This document shows positions 62,811 to 64,000 of a stretch of DNA of 64,000 nucleotides, in pieces. Position 1 is the first letter of the stretch. Each line of letters opens with the position of its first letter. The translations under genes and the position numbers were made by a program. The notes below the pieces were generated by a model. It saw nothing but the letters and a program-made list of their open reading frames with translations. It ran no database searches and was not told the DNA's origin. Source of the stretch: an uncultured Verrucomicrobiae bacterium (GTDB lineage Bacteria > Verrucomicrobiota > Verrucomicrobiia > Chthoniobacterales > UBA10450). The stretch covers positions 448,001 to 512,000 of the forward strand of contig CAWFGO010000003.1 in the NCBI GenBank assembly GCA_963815455.1, written 5' to 3'.

Positions 62811-64000
62811 CTAGGCCTTCTGGCCTTGCGCACCTGGATAGTACGATTGCACAACCAATTCGCTCAAGAACTTATCGGGGGCATCAACCGCCCCGGCATT
62901 TAGCACAAATTTTCCAAGGCCCGTGTTCTTCTGGATCAGGCCCAGCCCAAACTGATATTCCTTAAACAAGTGTCCGCAAAGTTCCGCCATGGTCATACGC
63001 TCTGCTTGAGCGCGCTCGACTAAACGCCGGATTGCCGCGTCGTCGAACACTATTTCGACGCCGTGTTGCTTGGTAAACTGATCGGCATACTGCCGTGCGC
63101 TTGCTTCCAGCGCCTGCGCTTCCTGCTTGTGCCCCTCGGCCATCAGCCGATCCAGCACCCGCCTCGGTTCCCGAACCGTCTCGGCTGTAACCCGCAACTG
63201 GCTCAAGCCGGACCCGGCCAGATGATATTTATAATCGCGGAACAATTTCTCGAACACGGTCAGCAAACCGCGCGCGCCGGTCTTTTCCTTGCCCGCAGCG
63301 GCAGCCAGCAACAAGAGCGCTTCATCCTCGAAGCTGATGTCGATCCCGTAAGCGCGAAAAGCGCGCTCGTATTGTCGAAGCAAGCTGCCTTCGGAAAATC
63401 TCATGATCTTAAAGAGATCGTCGGCATCGAGGTCCTCGCACACCACCCGCACCGGCAACCGGCCGATAAACTCCGGCTCGAACCCGTACTCGACAAAATC
63501 CTGCGTAGTCACGTGCTGGAACAGCTCGTTGTCCATCACATGGACCGGCGAAGCGCTGAACCCGATCTGCCCCTGCCGGACGCGCCGGGCCACTTGTTCT
63601 TTCAATTTCTCGAACGCGCCGCTAACCACGAAGAGAATATGCCGGGTATTGATCGTTTCCCGTTTCGACTTGCCGCGGCGTTGAAACTCGAACGCCGCCT
63701 GCAACTGGGCCTGGAGATCGTTCATGCTTCGCACCGGCACTTCCGTCTCTTCCATTAACTTGAGCAACGTGGTCTGCACCCCTCGTCCGCTCACGTCGCG
63801 ACCGGACAAATTGCTGGCCGACGCAATCTTATCGACCTCGTCGATGTAAATGATCCCGAATTGCGCCAGGTCCACGTCGCCGTCCGCTTTGTGGACCAGT
63901 TCGCGGACCAGATCTTCCACGTCACCGCCCACATAGCCGGTCTCGCTGAACTTCGTCGCATCCGCTTTCACGAACGGCACCTTGATCAGCTCGGCGATAT
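62811..64000 (-). CDS. ClpX-like AAA+ ATPase (5' end outside the window)
   Basis: [50 protein letters not shown]. Confidence 0.85.
   Translation of the reverse strand, partial: IAELIKVPFVKADATKFSETGYVGGDVEDLVRELVHKADGDVDLAQFGIIYIDEVDKIASASNLSGRDVSGRGVQTTLLKLMEETEVPVRSMNDLQAQLQAAFEFQRRGKSKRETINTRHILFVVSGAFEKLKEQVARRVRQGQIGFSASPVHVMDNELFQHVTTQDFVEYGFEPEFIGRLPVRVVCEDLDADDLFKIMRFSEGSLLRQYERAFRAYGIDISFEDEALLLLAAAAGKEKTGARGLLTVFEKLFRDYKYHLAGSGLSQLRVTAETVREPRRVLDRLMAEGHKQEAQALEASARQYADQFTKQHGVEIVFDDAAIRRLVERAQAERMTMAELCGHLFKEYQFGLGLIQKNTGLGKFVLNAGAVDAPDKFLSELVVQSYYPGAQGQKA

Overview
GC-rich bacterial chromosome segment, most likely a soil Verrucomicrobiota (Chthoniobacterales / Ca. Udaeobacter-like) genome; the taxon is inferred from gene content and repeat style. 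It carries housekeeping genes (valS, glyQS, murI, ychF, dnaE, recR, lipA, gdhA, glnB-glnA, a ClpX-like ATPase), batCDE, a pilMNO-like cluster, cstA, two OPT transporters, a YtrA/ABC operon, an ADOP permease, a TMTC-like/GT2 glycosylation cluster, tRNA-Val(CAC) and tRNA-Pro(GGG). Single-base frameshifts in essential genes point to uncorrected sequencing indels. Main signals: (1) At both tRNA genes, downstream copies of the tRNA 3' half have the anticodon arm exactly replaced by the same 14-bp palindrome GTCGCCGCGGCGAC. At tRNA-Pro this unit encloses a GIY-YIG nuclease gene; at tRNA-Val it forms a gene-less 91-bp tandem array. This suggests an integrase-free, tRNA-targeting GIY-YIG element. (2) A solitary integron-type cassette (immunity-like gene + attC) is inserted at the GIY-YIG stop codon. 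(3) Two Prx-like UxxC selenoprotein candidates have SECIS-like hairpins. (4) Several palindromic repeat families sit in-frame inside coding sequences, including dnaE, ychF, batC/batD, a GT2 and a DUF4386 gene.
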